Notes under the pieces: model-generated
What the model saw: only the letters and a program-made list of their open reading frames with translations
Databases searched by the model: none
What the model was told of the DNA's origin: nothing
Shown here: in pieces, positions 36,427-49,492 of the stretch
Layout of the letters: each line of letters opens with the position of its first letter
Position numbering within the stretch: position 1 is the first letter of the stretch
Program-made: the position numbers and the translations under genes
Assembly (NCBI RefSeq): GCF_004010195.1
Contig: NC_057719.1
Coordinates: 34,153,042 to 34,217,041 of the forward strand
Source of the DNA: Chiloscyllium plagiosum
Lineage: Eukaryota
Length of the DNA stretch: 64,000 nucleotides
Reading direction: 5' to 3'

Positions 36427-38450
36427 GTAAGAAGTTAACTACCAATGATGGATAGAATCACAATTAAGAAACAGAAGCTGTGAAAGTCAAGTCAACCCAT
36501 GAATCAATCTAAGCCACAATCATACTCTGTGTTCCACTGTTACATACCACCTGGACTGATTAGTGGTAGCCAGCATGACTCTGTACATGTGAAATCGTGT
36601 CTCACAAACTTGATTAAGGTTTTTGAAGAGGTGACCAAGTAGATAGATAAACATAGAATAGTAAATACTATCTACATGGATGTTAGCAAGACCTTCGACA
36701 AGGTTCCACATGATAAATTGGTTCATAAGGTTAGGTTACATGGGATCCAAGAAGAGTGAGTCAACTGTGTACAAATTGGTTTGATGGTAGGGGTTTGAGG
36801 GTGGTAGCAAAGGTTTGTTGGGGTTCAGACTATAGGCCTGTGGCCAGCAGTGTGCCACAAGGATTGGTGTTGGGACCACTCTTGTTTGTGGTTTGTATAA
36901 CAATTTGGATGAGAATAGAGGACGTATGGTCAGTAAGTTTATGAATGACACCAAAATTGGTGGTATAATGGAAAATGAAGAAGGTTATCGAAGAGTACAA
37001 CAGAATTATGATCAACTGGACATAAGGCAGCATAAAGAGGGAGAAAGTGTTGGGTATGCTGAAAGGCACTATGGTGGACAAGTCTCCAGGTCCAGATGGA
37101 ATCTATCCCAGGTTACTGAGGGAAGCAAGGGAGGAAATAGCTAAGGCCTTAACAGAAATCTTTGCACCATCCTTGAACATGGGTAAGGTCCCAGAGGATT
37201 GGCGAATGACTAATTTTGTCCCCTTGTTTAAGAAGGGTAACAGATGAGCCTGAAGTCAGTGGTAGGGAAGCTGCTGGAGAAGATTCTGAGGGACAGGATC
37301 TATTTACATTTGGAACAAAATGGGCTTATCAGTGATAGGCAGTATGGTTTTGTGCAGAGAAGGTCATGTCTTACCAACTTAATAGAATTATTTGAGGAAG
37401 TGACAAAGTTGATTGATGAGAGAAGGGCTGTTGATGTCATATACATGGACTTCGGTAAAGTGTTTGATAAGGTTTCCCATGGTAGGCTGATGGAGAAAGT
37501 GAAGTCGCATGAGTTCCTGGGTGTACTAGCTAGATAGATAGAGAACTGGCTGAGCAGCAGAAGAAAGGGAGTAGAAGTGGAAAGGAGTTTCTCAAAATGG
37601 AGAGCTGTGACCAGTTCCACAGGGATCCGTGTTGGGACCACTGTTGTTTGTTATATACATAAATGATCTGGAGGAAGGTACAGGTGGTCTGATTAGCAGG
37701 TTTGTAGATGACACTAAGATTGGTGGAGTAGCAGATAGTGAAGAGGACTGTCAAAGAAAGCAGCAGAATACAGATAAATTGGAGAGTTGGGTGGAGAAAT
37801 GGCAGATGGAGTTCAATCCTGGCAAATAAAAGGTGATGCATTTTGAAAGATTCAATTCTAGAGTGAACTATACGGTGAATGGAAAAGTCCTAGGGAAAAT
37901 TGATGTACAGAGAGATCAGGGTGTTCAGATCCAATTTACCCTGAAGGTGGCAATGTAGGTCAATAGAGTGGTCAAGAAGACATATGGTATGCTTTCCTTA
38001 TTGGACAAGGTACTGAGTACAATAGTTGGCAGGTCATGTTACAGTTGGATGGGACTTTGGTGTGGAATACTGCATACAGTTCTGGTCGCCACATTACCAA
38101 GAAAATGTGTATGCTTTGGAGAGGGTGCAGAGAGGGTTCACCAGGCTGTTGCTTGCTATGGAGGGTGCTAGCTATGGAGAGGTTGAGTAGATTAGGATTA
38201 TTTTCATTAGAAAAACAGAGGTTGACAGGTGACCTGATAGAGGTCTACAAAATCATGAGAGGTATAGACAAGGTGGATAGCAAGAAGCTTTTTCCCAGAG
38301 TGGAGGACTCAATTACTAGGGGTCATGAGTTCAAGATGAGAGGGGAGAAAAGTTTAGGGCAGATATGTGTGAAAAGTTCTTTACACAAAGAGTAGTGGAT
38401 GCCTGGAACGAATTGTCAGTGGAGGTGGTGGAGCTGGGCATGATAGCATA

Positions 38451-40208
38451 ACTCATAGTCCGGGAACCCCACACTGCCAAGTTCTACCTCCTTCCCAAGA
38501 TCCACAAGCCTGACCACCCTGGCCGACCCATTGTCTCAGCATGGTCATGCCCCTACTGAACTCATCTCTACCTACCTCGATACTGTCCTATCCACCCTAG
38601 TCCAGAAACTACCCACATACGTTCGAGACACCACCCATGCCCTCCACCTCCTCCAAGACTTCCGTTTCCCCGACCCCCAACGTCTCATCTTCACCATGGA
38701 TATCCAATCCCACTACACCTCCATCCGCCATGACCAGGGCCTCCATGCCTTCTGTTTTTTCCTTTCCAGACATCCCCAACAGTACCCTTCCACCAACACT
38801 CTCATTCGTTTGGCCGAACTGGTCCTCACCCTTAACAATTTCTCCTTTGAATCCTCCCACTTCCTCCAGACCAAAGGGGTAGCCATGGGCACATGTATGG
38901 GCCCCAGCTATGCCTGTCTCTTTGTTGGCTACATAGAATCTAATCTAATCTAGTAATCTTCCGTAATTACACCGGCACCACTCCCCACCTATTCCTCCGC
39001 TACATTGATGACTGCATTGGCGCCACCTCGTGCTCCCGCGAGGAGGTTGAGCAATTCATCAACTTCACCAACACATTCCACCCTGACCTTAAATTTACCC
39101 GGACCATCTCTGACACCTCCCTCCCCTTCCTGGACCTCTCCAACTCCATNNNNNNNNNNNNNNNNNNNNNNNNNNNNNNNNNNNNNNNNNNNNNNNNNNN
39201 NNNNNNNNNNNNNNNNNNNNNNNNNNNNNNNNNNNNNNNNNNNNNNNNNNNNNNNNNNNNNNNNNNNNNNNNNNNNNNNNNNNNNNNNNNNNNNNNNNNN
39301 NNNNNNNNNNNNNNNNNNNNNNNNNNNNNNNNNNNNNNNNNNNNNNNNNNNNNNNNNNNNNNNNNNNNNNNNNNNNNNNNNNNNNNNNNNNNNNNNNNNN
39401 NNNNNNNNNNNNNNNNNNNNNNNNNNNNNNNNNNNNNNNNNNNNNNNNNNNNNNNNNNNNNNNNNNNNNNNNNNNNNNNNNNNNNNNNNNNNNNNNNNNN
39501 NNNNNNNNNNNNNNNNNNNNNNNNNNNNNNNNNNNNNNNNNNNNNNNNNNNNNNNNNNNNNNNNNNNNNNNNNNNNNNNNNNNNNNNNNNNNNNNNNNNN
39601 NNNNNNNNNNNNNNNNNNNNNNNNNNNNNNNNNNNNNNNNNNNNNNNNNNNNNNNNNNNNNNNNNNNNNNNNNNNNNNNNNNNNNNNNNNNNNNNNNNNN
39701 NNNNNNNNNNNNNNNNNNNNNNNNNNNNNNNNNNNNNNNNNNNNNNNNNNNNNNNNNNNNNNNNNNNNNNNNNNNNNNNNNNNNNNNNNNNNNNNNNNNN
39801 NNNNNNNNNNNNNNNNNNNNNNNNNNNNNNNNNNNNNNNNNNNNNNNNNNNNNNNNNNNNNNNNNNNNNNNNNNNNNNNNNNNNNNNNNNNNNNNNNNNN
39901 NNNNNNNNNNNNNNNNNNNNNNNNNNNNNNNNNNNNNNNNNNNNNNNNNNNNNNNNNNNNNNNNNNNNNNNNNNNNNNNNNNNNNNNNNNNNNNNNNNNN
40001 NNNNNNNNNNNNNNNNNNNNNNNNNNNNNNNNNNNNNNNNTAGCTTATCTCTCCATGCTTCAGGCTCACTGCCTTTATTCCTGATGAAGGGCTTTTGTTC
40101 GAAACGTCGATTTCGAAGCTCCTTGGATGCTGCCTGAACTGCTGTGCTCTTCCAGCACCACTGATCCAGAATCTGGTTTCCAGCATCTGCAGTCATTGTT
40201 TTTACTTC
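38451..40208 (+). mobile_element. Penelope-like element (same family as 15085) nested in CR1; hammerhead 40077-40112
   Basis: FYLLPKIHKPDHPGRPIVS, FTMDIQS, GVAMGTCMGPSYACLFVGY, RYIDD; terminus CTGATGA-A-GGGC TTTT GTTC-GAAA-CGTC. Confidence 0.92.
39150..40040. other. Assembly gap
   Basis: N run. Confidence 1.
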
Positions 40209-42109
40209 CATAATTTAAGATGTACCTAGACATATACATGAATGGGCAGGGAGCATGGGGATACAGATCATTAGAAAATAGATGACAGGTTTAGATAGAG
40301 GATTTGGATCAGCGCATGCTTGGAGGGCCGAAGGGCCTGTTCCTCTCCTATAATTTTCTTTGTTCTTTGATCTTTGTTCTGGACCAGTGGGCTGAGGAAT
40401 GGCAAATGGACTTTAATTTAGATAAATGAAAGGTGTTGCATTTTGGTAAAACAAACCATGGCAGGACTTACAAGGCTAGTAGTAGGGTCCTGGGGAGTGT
40501 TGTCGAACAGAGAGACCTACAAGTGGAGGTACATAGTTCCTTAAAATGGTATCACAGAAAGACAGAATGGTAAAGAAGTCGTTGGCACACTGACCTTTGT
40601 CAGTCAGAGTATTGAGTATAGGAGTTGGGATGTCATGTTATGGCTCTACAAGACATTGGTTAGGTGACTTTTTGAAAATTGTATATAATTCTGACCTTCT
40701 ATAGGAAGGATGTTATTAAATTGGAAAGGTTGCAAAAAATATTTACAATGATGTTACCAAGACTGGAGGCTTTGAGTTGTAAGGATGGGCTGGACATACT
40801 GGGACTTTTTCTCTGGAGCGTAGGAGGCTGAGAGGTGACCTTATAGACGTTTATAAGATCATGAGGGGCATTGATAAGGTGAATTGCAAAGATCTTTTCC
40901 GCAGGCTAGGAGATTCCAAAATGAGAGGGCATAGTTTTAAGGTGAGAGGAGAAAGATCTAATAAGGACCTGAGGGGCAACTTTTTCTCACAGAGGGTGGT
41001 GCATATGTGGAATGAGCTGCCAGAAGATGTTGTAGAGATGAGTACAGTTACAACATTTAAAATACATTTGGACAGGTGTATAGTTAGGAAACATTTAGAG
41101 GGATATGGGCCAAACGCAAGCAAATGAGACTAGGTCAGTTTAGGAAATCTGGTTGGCATGAGGGAGTTGGGTCGGAGGGTCTGTTTCCATGCTGTATGCT
41201 TCTACAAGTCTTCCATCAAATTAGGTAACGTAAGTTAAGGTGTGCACCAGTGATCCATAAAGCTCAAGGGAACTAGTAAAATGTGACGTGATTTAGAATT
41301 ATGCTGACAGGTAGGCTACTTAAGGCTTCAGGGCTATGAAATGCTGAATAAAAAGGAAACTATTCAAGGAATATTAAAGGTTCATGCGTGCTCCAAAGTC
41401 AATGTGAAAGATACGTGACAACTAACCAGTATGGTTTTGGAGTGCAAAGTCTTTATTTGTGACCACATCACGAAAGCTTTAAGCATCGATAGATTATGTG
41501 GCCGTTGTTGTTCTGTCTCATGATCAGGATGTCAGTATGTCTCTCGAAGATGTGCTTATGAAATCATCACTCTATCAGAACATATGTCCTGAGGGTAGAA
41601 AGGTCTAATTTCCCATTGTACTTCAGAACTCACAAAGTATGACAGGTACTGCAGAAACGCTCCTGCACAATCATTTTCAGGAGTTTCATGGAAGCTTCCT
41701 ATCCAGTGACGAATCTCACACAGTTCTCTGCTGCTCACCCCAGTATGTATGTGTCACCCTCTTAAGGGACTGCGTTATTGTGCACTCACCAAGCAGCAGA
41801 TATTCTCACCGCTACCTAGATATGCAGGGACTCATGCCACTGATGTCATATTTAAATCCCAGCTGTGCACCAGTTCAAATACTGCAGGCTAAAAATAGCT
41901 CTTCACAACTTCCCTGGAGATTGTCCGACAGAAGGAAGTTGGCATACCAATTGATCCTGGTGAATGGATGCTGGAGAGGAAGGCCATCTTCTTTCTTCAG
42001 CACTAGCAAAGGAGGCCTTACCACAAGGCTAGGCCAGCCAGGACTGAAGTTACTGTCAGACTCAGTGTGGTATCCAAGATGCGGAAGAATGCCCAGCACT
42101 CCAGGATAA

Positions 42110-42400
42110 ACGCTAGCATCTTCTCTCTATTACCTCACACTCACTTAAATACATGCAGCATCAAAAAAATCCTCCCCATTTCAGTCCAAAATTACTACTT
42201 TTTATTTATTATTTTATACTGAGAAGAACTGTAATGTTGAACTTTTAACTTATTTCTTTATTTTTCGACTTTTTACTGAAGATTTTGTACCTTGTACCTG
42301 AGATGGCACCGTGAATGGCAACATTGTAAACTTTTCACTATACTCCTGTATTCCTGTACTTGAGAACACATGGCAGTAAAACCTCCTTTTGATTCTAATT
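42110..42400 (+). mobile_element. Unclassified retroposon tail
   Basis: GAGATGGCACCGTG..TAAACTTTTCACTATACTC..(ATTCTA)n; family of 18040-18480. Confidence 0.5.
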
Positions 42401-43689
42401 CTAAATGGGGTGCGAGCTGGTCACTGCTTATGGAGTGTGCCTCAGATGTTGGTGATGTTGTCCATGATGGCAAATCAGAAAAACAATTGGCGAGCTAGAG
42501 TCACCAGGTAGCCACTCTGATCTTCAACGTCGGGAACTGTCACCACCTAGTGGCAGCTGGGAGAACAGGAAACTGCATGTAAATGGGATAAGATTAACTA
42601 ATAACGAGATATTAATGTTTGCTATTCCAAACAAATAGGCCTCTCACTACTCCCCAGCAAGAATCTCAAGCTGCTTTCCAACACTTGGTTGGAAAATGCA
42701 ACGTGTTGGTATTGATGTCTTGCCCTTTTCACATGATTTTCACAATGTTCTTGCCAATGCCCACATCATTCAGAGCGTGAGAAGATTGCAACCACAGTCA
42801 CATTCTGAGCTTACATATTGTATCAATATCTGATTACAGTACGCAGACTCATTGCACTGAGCTAGGAGTGACTGTGAGTCAGGATCTCTACACCAGAGTG
42901 TCACATCTCATGATGTCAAGTAACAGTTTTCACGGCACATTGCCTGTCTGATCAGGGAGTAATGCAGTAATACAGCAAACCCAGTCTATCTGGAGGATCC
43001 CATGTTCCTTGAAAGCCCAGCCTGCAGACTATGCCTCCCAGTGTAAGAAGGTTGACTGAACAGTGAGGCTACCATTCTGAAAGACTGAGATACAAGGTGA
43101 TAATTAACAAAGGGACAATTTTGGGTGATGCCATGCAACGTTCACCCGAAACTATGCCATTGTGCATGTGCACAGTTGCTCTGATATTCCATGCATGGTA
43201 ATCAGTGTTGGCCCACTGATTGTGGCATTGAGTTCCAGTTCTGGAGGCCTGGGAAGCCAGTGAGAAAATGTGAGGGAATGCTGACAGCACATTTCAATGG
43301 TGACCCATTGCAGGTTCTTCTCAAGACTATATTGAGGAAAGAAAGCTCCCCAGGTACCAGAAGAGTAAACCTTCCCATGTAAACCTGGATGGAGGTCAAT
43401 GAGGGGGTCAGTAGCCATGAAGCTTTCCAGAGAATCTGCCTGCAATGTCATCAGCCTATGAACCTCATTATTCATTCTACTACAGTTCATACTCCACACT
43501 TTGGTAACATTAGGGTTTGTGGAAGAATAAATGCAAGAATACAGTTTTTCAAGAAAGGGAAGACTACCAGTGAATTACAATGGAATGAGGCCACAGCAAT
43601 AGCCAATATCTGCCACTCTGACATCTGGACATAGTCTATCTTCTGTCTATATATCCTTGCAATGGGATTCCTTCTTCTCCATGCTTCTT

Positions 43690-44140
43690 ACAGTTCCCTA
43701 AGATCAAAGGACTTAGGACTAAGAGAAGGCCTTTCAAGTCTGCTTTGCCATTCAATAAGATCATGTCTGATCTGTTTGGTTTCAGCTCCACATCATAACT
43801 CTTACCTACTTTGATTGTCAAAGATCTTTCAATTCATCGAGTGACCAACCTCCACTGTTTTCTGAGGAGGTAAATTCTCCTCATCTTCACTTTAATGAAT
43901 AGACACCGATTTTCATGTCCCCTACTTCTACTCTTCCTCTCAAGAGGAAGCATCTTGCTGGTATCCATTTGATTCAAACTCCTCAGGATCATATATATTT
44001 TATGAGATGACCACTCATTCTTCTGCATCAAATGGGTAAAGGTCCAACCCCCTGTTCAAACTTTCTTCATGTTCTTCATACAAGGAATGAGTTGAGTGAA
44101 TCTTCTCTGAACTGCTTCTAACATGGTGATGTCCTTTTCA
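43690..44140 (-). mobile_element. CR1 3' remnant
   Basis: KIYMILRSL..KMLPLERKSRSRGH. Confidence 0.65.
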
Positions 44141-44149
44141 AATCTTCTT

Positions 44150-44590
44150 CTTATACAATTGAAACAGAGGATGACTTTCTTCCCCTCCACAGTTTTGACT
44201 AAATAGTCTTATGCCTCATCCGTACACTGCCACAAGCATGATAGGTGGAGTTTGAAGAGATAGGAGGATTGAAAGCTCACATTTTCCCTCAATCTTTCCA
44301 CTGTGTGTGTGGCTTCCATTTGGACCATTCAGAGATACTCGAGATGGTTAGCACTTTCATGGATGTCTCTCCTCCAGTATACATTGTCTTCGGCTGGAGA
44401 TTCCCTGAGTTGATGGAGTTATTGCATTGTTTCCCAGAAGTCTTTAAGGGTGCCTTTGAAGTGTTTCCTGTGCCCTCCTGGTAATCCTTTGCTGAGAAGG
44501 AGCTTGGAATACAGATCTTGTTTTGGAAGTCTTATATCACTCATGCTGATGATGCGGCCTACCTAATCTAGTTGATTAACAATGACTGGT
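44150..44590 (-). mobile_element. RTE-clade LINE 3' remnant
   Basis: Reverse complement encodes PKQDLYSKLLLSKGLPGGHRKHFKGTLK, matching the RTE PK..LYSEL..G.R..GG..KR.KD.LK motif. Confidence 0.65.
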
Positions 44591-47090
44591 ATCTCAATGA
44601 CTCCAGTTTAATTTCTAGTCAATATTAACCTCCCAGGATATTGATGATGGAAGATTTGCATATAGTCAAACAGGGATTGTTAGATTTACTCTTGTTGGAG
44701 ATAGTCATTACCTAGTGTAGCATGAATCTCGTTTGACACTTATCTATCCAAGCCTGAATGCTGCCCAACTATTGCTGATATTGACAGCCTTAATATCTAA
44801 GAAATTGTAAGTGGAACTGAACACTAAGCAATCATCAGTGAACATCCTCACACCTGATCATATGGTGTAAGAAAGATCACCATGGGGGAAATTACAGATG
44901 GTTGAGACTAGAACATATTTTGAAAACATATGCAGCAATGTCTTTGGACTTAGTTGAGTTGCCTCCAATAACACTACCATCCCTCTATGTGCCAGTCCAG
45001 CCGCAGAGTAATTTGCCCTGTGGCTTTCATTGACTTCAACTTTACCATGGTTCCTTGATGTTACACTTGTTCAAGCATTGTGCTGATGCCAACAGCATTC
45101 AGTCTCACCTTGAGTTTATTAACTGTGGCTTAGATGACTTTCATCATTTAATCAAATAGTTATGGGTTCAAATCTCATTCCACAATTTCAGTGTAAACTC
45201 AAGGCTGATACTCCAGTGCAACTCAGGGTGTACTACACAATGGGAAATGCCATTGTTTGAATTAAACATTGAACCAAAATAAGGTTTGCCCTTTTAGATA
45301 GACACAAAAGAAAAACTGAAATGACTATGTCTCAAAGAAGAGTGAAGGAGTTATCTCCAGTGTCCCGGTCAATATTAATTATTCAGCAGCAGCATCACAT
45401 TTATCTGACCATTTTCAAATCACTGTTGTTAGGAGCTTTAAGTGCACACGAATTGACATAGTCATTTGTGCTGAATGGTCACTGGACCAGAAACATTAAC
45501 TCTGCTTTCTCTCCACAGACCTTCTGAGTTTTTCCAGCGATTTCTGTTTTTCTGTTGCCTGTTATTTTCTATGTTACACAATTATGATTTCTTATTGGCA
45601 GTGAAACACTTTACAATATTCTAAGATCATGAAAGATGCTCTAGTATCTTCCTTTCTTTTTAATTCTGGAATTAGTTTTTTTTAAATCCATGATTAGGTC
45701 AAAGCTGTAATGACTGAGATCCAAATCGGTGTGCCTCTAGTAGAACTCAATTTGAACATTGGTGAGCAAGTTATTGGTGAGTTTATGCAGTTTGGTAGCT
45801 CGGTCAATAAAGCCTTTCCATCACTTTGCTGATGATGGAGAGTTCAGTGAAGGGCCAGTAGTTGAATTTACCCTGCCTTTTGAATACAGAGAGGACGGAA
45901 CATTTCTTCACAGGTAGGTTTCACAGAAGAGTTTAGTTAGAAGTACAGTTTGTTCTGGACCACATGCTTTCAGAATTATATTGTAATGATGTTGAACCCA
46001 CAATCTTTTCAGCACCTAGTGAGCGCAATCATTTTTTGATATCATGTGAGTGAAATAAATTGGCTGATGTCTGGCATGCCCTCAGGGGATGGACCATCCA
46101 CTAAAGTTGGTGCAAATGTTTCAGTCTTGTCTTTTGCACTGATTCTTCTGAGTTCCACCTTTGTTGATAATGGTAATATTTGGGGAGTTTCAAATTGGTC
46201 ATCAGTTGCTCAGTATTATTCATTATTGAATGTGGCAGGACTATAGAAATTTAATCTGATCCATTCGTTGTGGAATTGCTTGTTCTGTATATTGCTTGCT
46301 GTTCTGCTATCTACTATGCTTGTGGTATGTTATAGCTTCACCAAGTTGCCACCTCAGTTTTCAATATGCCTACTGCTGTTTCTCGCATGCTTTCCTGCTG
46401 TCTCCACTGATTCGGGGCCAGTGCCCCTGATTAATGCCCGCAGTAGAAATATATATCAGTCCGTGAGGTTTCAGATTGTGATGATGTACAATCTTACTAC
46501 TCTTAGTATTACACCATATCTTATAAATACACAGATTTGAGCTGCTAAATTATTTTGAACCAATCCTATTTAACGCCATGATAGATGTCACACTCATAAC
46601 AGTATTGTGAAGATTGTATCTTTCTTTCCACAAACACTATGTGTTTGCCATTTCTACCATGGATGGATGAACAGGTGAGGATGAGGTTTTGTTTCTCTCA
46701 AGCCCAGTCTGGTTTCTGTGTAGTTCAGGGACTCAGCCAGCTCAGTTAGTTATGGTATGACTGAGCCACTTTGGTGCTTGTCACTGAGGTTTACCATCCA
46801 GAGTACATCCTTGCTACTCTTACTGCTTCTTCCAAATGATACTCAACAAAGAGAAATATTGACTCATCAACTGAGGGTGAAGGGTAAAGGGTGATCAGCA
46901 ACAGGTTTCCTTGCCCATCCATGAGCTGATAACATTTTTTCAGAGTATCAAGTATTAATGTTAAAGGCTCACAGGTCCACCTCCTTCTAATTACGAACTG
47001 TTCAGTTACCTCTGCTGGATCTGTCTTACCCTAGGAGATTCAAGAATGGAGATGCAGGAGTTTAGAGCATTGTCACTCTTATAGAGTCAT
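44590..47090 (-). mobile_element. Ancient CR1/L2-type LINE remnant
   Basis: Similar to 6900-7990 (for example TTTTGATATCATGTGAGTGAA and TATAGCTTCACCAAGTTG blocks). Confidence 0.55.
45125..45650 (+). mobile_element. Deu-domain SINE
   Basis: GGGTTCAAATCTC head; AGGCTGATACTCCAGTGCA..GAAGAG..GGAGTTATCTCCAGTGTCCCGGTCAATATT core. Confidence 0.55.
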
Positions 47091-47399
47091 GCCTTTTAGA
47101 CAAAGACAGGCTGTGGCTTAACTTGTCTGGGGAATGTTTCTCCCATAAGAAAATTCTTTTTCTTAATACAGTGAATGGTTACCACCCAGAATCCATTGCC
47201 TCAGACAATGGAGACAGATTCAGTCATGGATTTCAAAGGGGAATTAGATCATTATCTAAAGAGAAACGTTTTACAGGGCTACAGGGAAAAGACATAGAAG
47301 TGGAACTAACTGAGTTGCACACAGAGGGAGCCAGTGCAGATACAATGGGCTGTTAGCCTCCTGTGTTGTGATTATGCTATAATTCCATATGGCACAAGT

Positions 47400-48110
47400 C
47401 CATAGAGCTCGTTCTCCCATCTTTATCTGATTGGCAGGATGTAACAAAAGGACTCCTACAGGGTTCTGTGCTTGAGCCTCAACCTTCTACAAATGCTATA
47501 ATTTTTTTTATGAAAGTAAAAGAACATAAAAATAAGGATGTTATGCTCCAGATATAAAAGAAATTTGTGAGACCAGATCTAGACTGCTTTATGTAGTATT
47601 GATCTCCTTGTTGAAGGAAGGGTATAACTGCATTGGAGGCAGTTCTGAGGAGGGTTACCAGGTTGATGTCATTTCGAGGGGGGGTTGGGCAGACTGAGTT
47701 TGTTTCCACTGGAGTTTAAAACAGTGTGGGGTGACTTAATTGAAGTGTATAAGGTCTGAATGACCTTGATAAGGTGGAGAGGAAATAACCTTTCCTCTTG
47801 TGGATGAGTCCAGAAGCGGAAGCACTGTTACAATATTAGGGTCATTTTAAGACAAAGCTAAGGATAATTTCTTTTCTCTCAGACAGTTGTGCACCTTCAG
47901 ACTTGCTATATCAGAAGATGGTGAAGGTGGGAGTTACTTAATTCTTTTAGAAGTGGATTGTTTCTTGTCAGGCAAAGGATTCATAGGTCTTTGGGAGGTA
48001 GATGGAGATATGAAGTGCAAAACACAAACAGATTAGCTATGATCTTACTTAATCACAGACTAGGCTAAAGGGGCCAAATGGCCTTCATCTGCTCTTATTT
48101 CATACATTCA
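47400..48110 (+). mobile_element. CR1 remnant
   Basis: GLLQGSVL-like, RPDLDC and GDLIEVYK segments. Confidence 0.65.
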
Positions 48111-48529
48111 TACCTAAGTAGGATGTTACCGGCACAGAGGGCATGTACTTAATATCTGCTTTGGTTAAAATCGAGATTTGACGACTCCTGAATCTCCAAC
48201 ATGTGGAGGTATTTCATCTAATTTTAACCCAGATCTGACTCATTCACAGGGGCCTTTAGCTCAGTAAGAAGCCTGTGTGTAGCCTGGATAAGAGCTGAAA
48301 TAGCAGGATATGCTCCTGGTGGCCAGGGAAACACCCAGTCCGTGCAGCAAATCTCCATACCACACTCCATTCAATATGTTGTAGAACATGGATTTTATCA
48401 ACCAAGCTACAATCATTCACAGTTGCCCGACCTTCATGGTATGTACTGCACACTTCGCAAAAACATTAACTGCAATTAGTTTAATATCTTGGAAAGGTTT
48501 TCCTTTCCTGAATATTAGAGTGTTGTTTT

Positions 48530-49170
48530 AGAGTATTGTTTACAATTCTGGACACCCTGCTATAGGAAGGACATTATTAAATTGGAGAGGGTTCAGAAAA
48601 GATTTACCAGGATGTTGCTGGACCAGGAGGGTTTGAGTTGTAAAAATATATTGGATAGGCTGGGACCTTTCTCACTAGAGCATAACATTGGAGTGGAGTG
48701 ACTTTATAGAGGTTTATAAAATCATGAGGGACATGGATCAAGTAAATAGCTAAGTTCTTCATTCTAGGGTGAGGTAGTCCAAACTGGAGGAGGTCGGTTT
48801 ATGGTGATTGGAGAAAGATTAACAAGGGACCTGAGGGGCAACTTTTTCACAAGTGGTTCACAAGTGGAATGGACTGCCAGAGGAAGTGGTCGATACAGAT
48901 ACAGAAGAAGGGCTTATGCCCGAAACGTCGATTCTCCTGCTCCTTGGATGCTGCCTGACCTGCTGCACTTTTCCAGCAACACATTTTTCAGATACAGATA
49001 CGGTTATAACATTTAAAAGATGTTTGGACAGGTACATGAAAATGAAAGGTTTAGAGAAATATGGGCCGAATGCAGGCAAGTGGTAGTAATTTAGTTTGGG
49101 AAACATGGTCAGCACAAATGAGTTAGGACCAATCATCTGTGTCCGTGCTTTTTGACTGTATGACTCTATC
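48530..49170 (+). mobile_element. CR1 3' end
   Basis: DLRGNFFT, WNGLPEEVV..TFKRCLDRYM..YGPNAGKW; (ATGACT) tail. Confidence 0.8.
48903..48990 (+). mobile_element. Family A element starting within the hammerhead core
   Basis: 11-bp TSD GATACAGATAC (48892-48902 / 48991-49001); GAAGA-A-GGGC TTAT GCCC-GAAA-CGTC-GAT. Confidence 0.88.
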
Positions 49171-49394
49171 TTTTAACCAGATGAAATCATCTGCTTAGAA
49201 TTAGTAGTTATAAAAATTAAACATGAAATATGCACTGTGCATTCCAGATTTGTGACACATTTCTCTCAGAAACTTTTTGATGTTAAATATGTCCAAGGTA
49301 GAACTTCCTGGGATGTTAAATTAGAAAGCCTGCTGTGAAAATCGATAATTCAATTAGGGGCAAAGTTACTTGTGTCCATTTGGAAATGCCATGC

Positions 49395-49492
49395 TGGATG
49401 ATACAAAGTTAAAAATCACACAACACCAGATTATAGTCCAACCAGGTTTAGTTGGAAGCACTAGCTTTCAGAGCACTGCTCCTTCATCAGGT
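49395..49492 (-). mobile_element. Single-arm family B element ending at the hammerhead
   Basis: Reverse complement CTGATGA-A-GGAGC AGT GCTCT-GAAA-GCTA-GTG. Confidence 0.8.

Larger units (their letters stand above)
37022..40379 (+). mobile_element. Younger CR1 nested in the older CR1
   Basis: DKSPGPDGIYPRLLREA..SCLTNLIELFEEVT..FVDDTKIGG; (TTCTTTG)n tail; CTGGAC repeated at both junctions. Confidence 0.88.
36575..41205 (+). mobile_element. Older CR1 LINE (36575-37021, resuming 40380-41205)
   Basis: SCLTNL, SSVPQGLVLGPLLF, SKFMNDTKIGG, later MRGIDKV..GHSFKVRGE..FFSQRVVHMWNELP. Confidence 0.85.

Noticed and set aside
39000..40211. ORFs of 359-403 aa
   Set aside because: They run through the N gap and are artefacts
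41639..42109. 156-aa ORF on + strand
   Set aside because: No recognisable motif; probably a chance ORF in decayed repeat
42620..43500. Faint resemblance to a PIF/Harbinger transposase and Myb-like gene on - strand
   Set aside because: Catalytic motifs and TIRs could not be confirmed by eye; needs an HMM search
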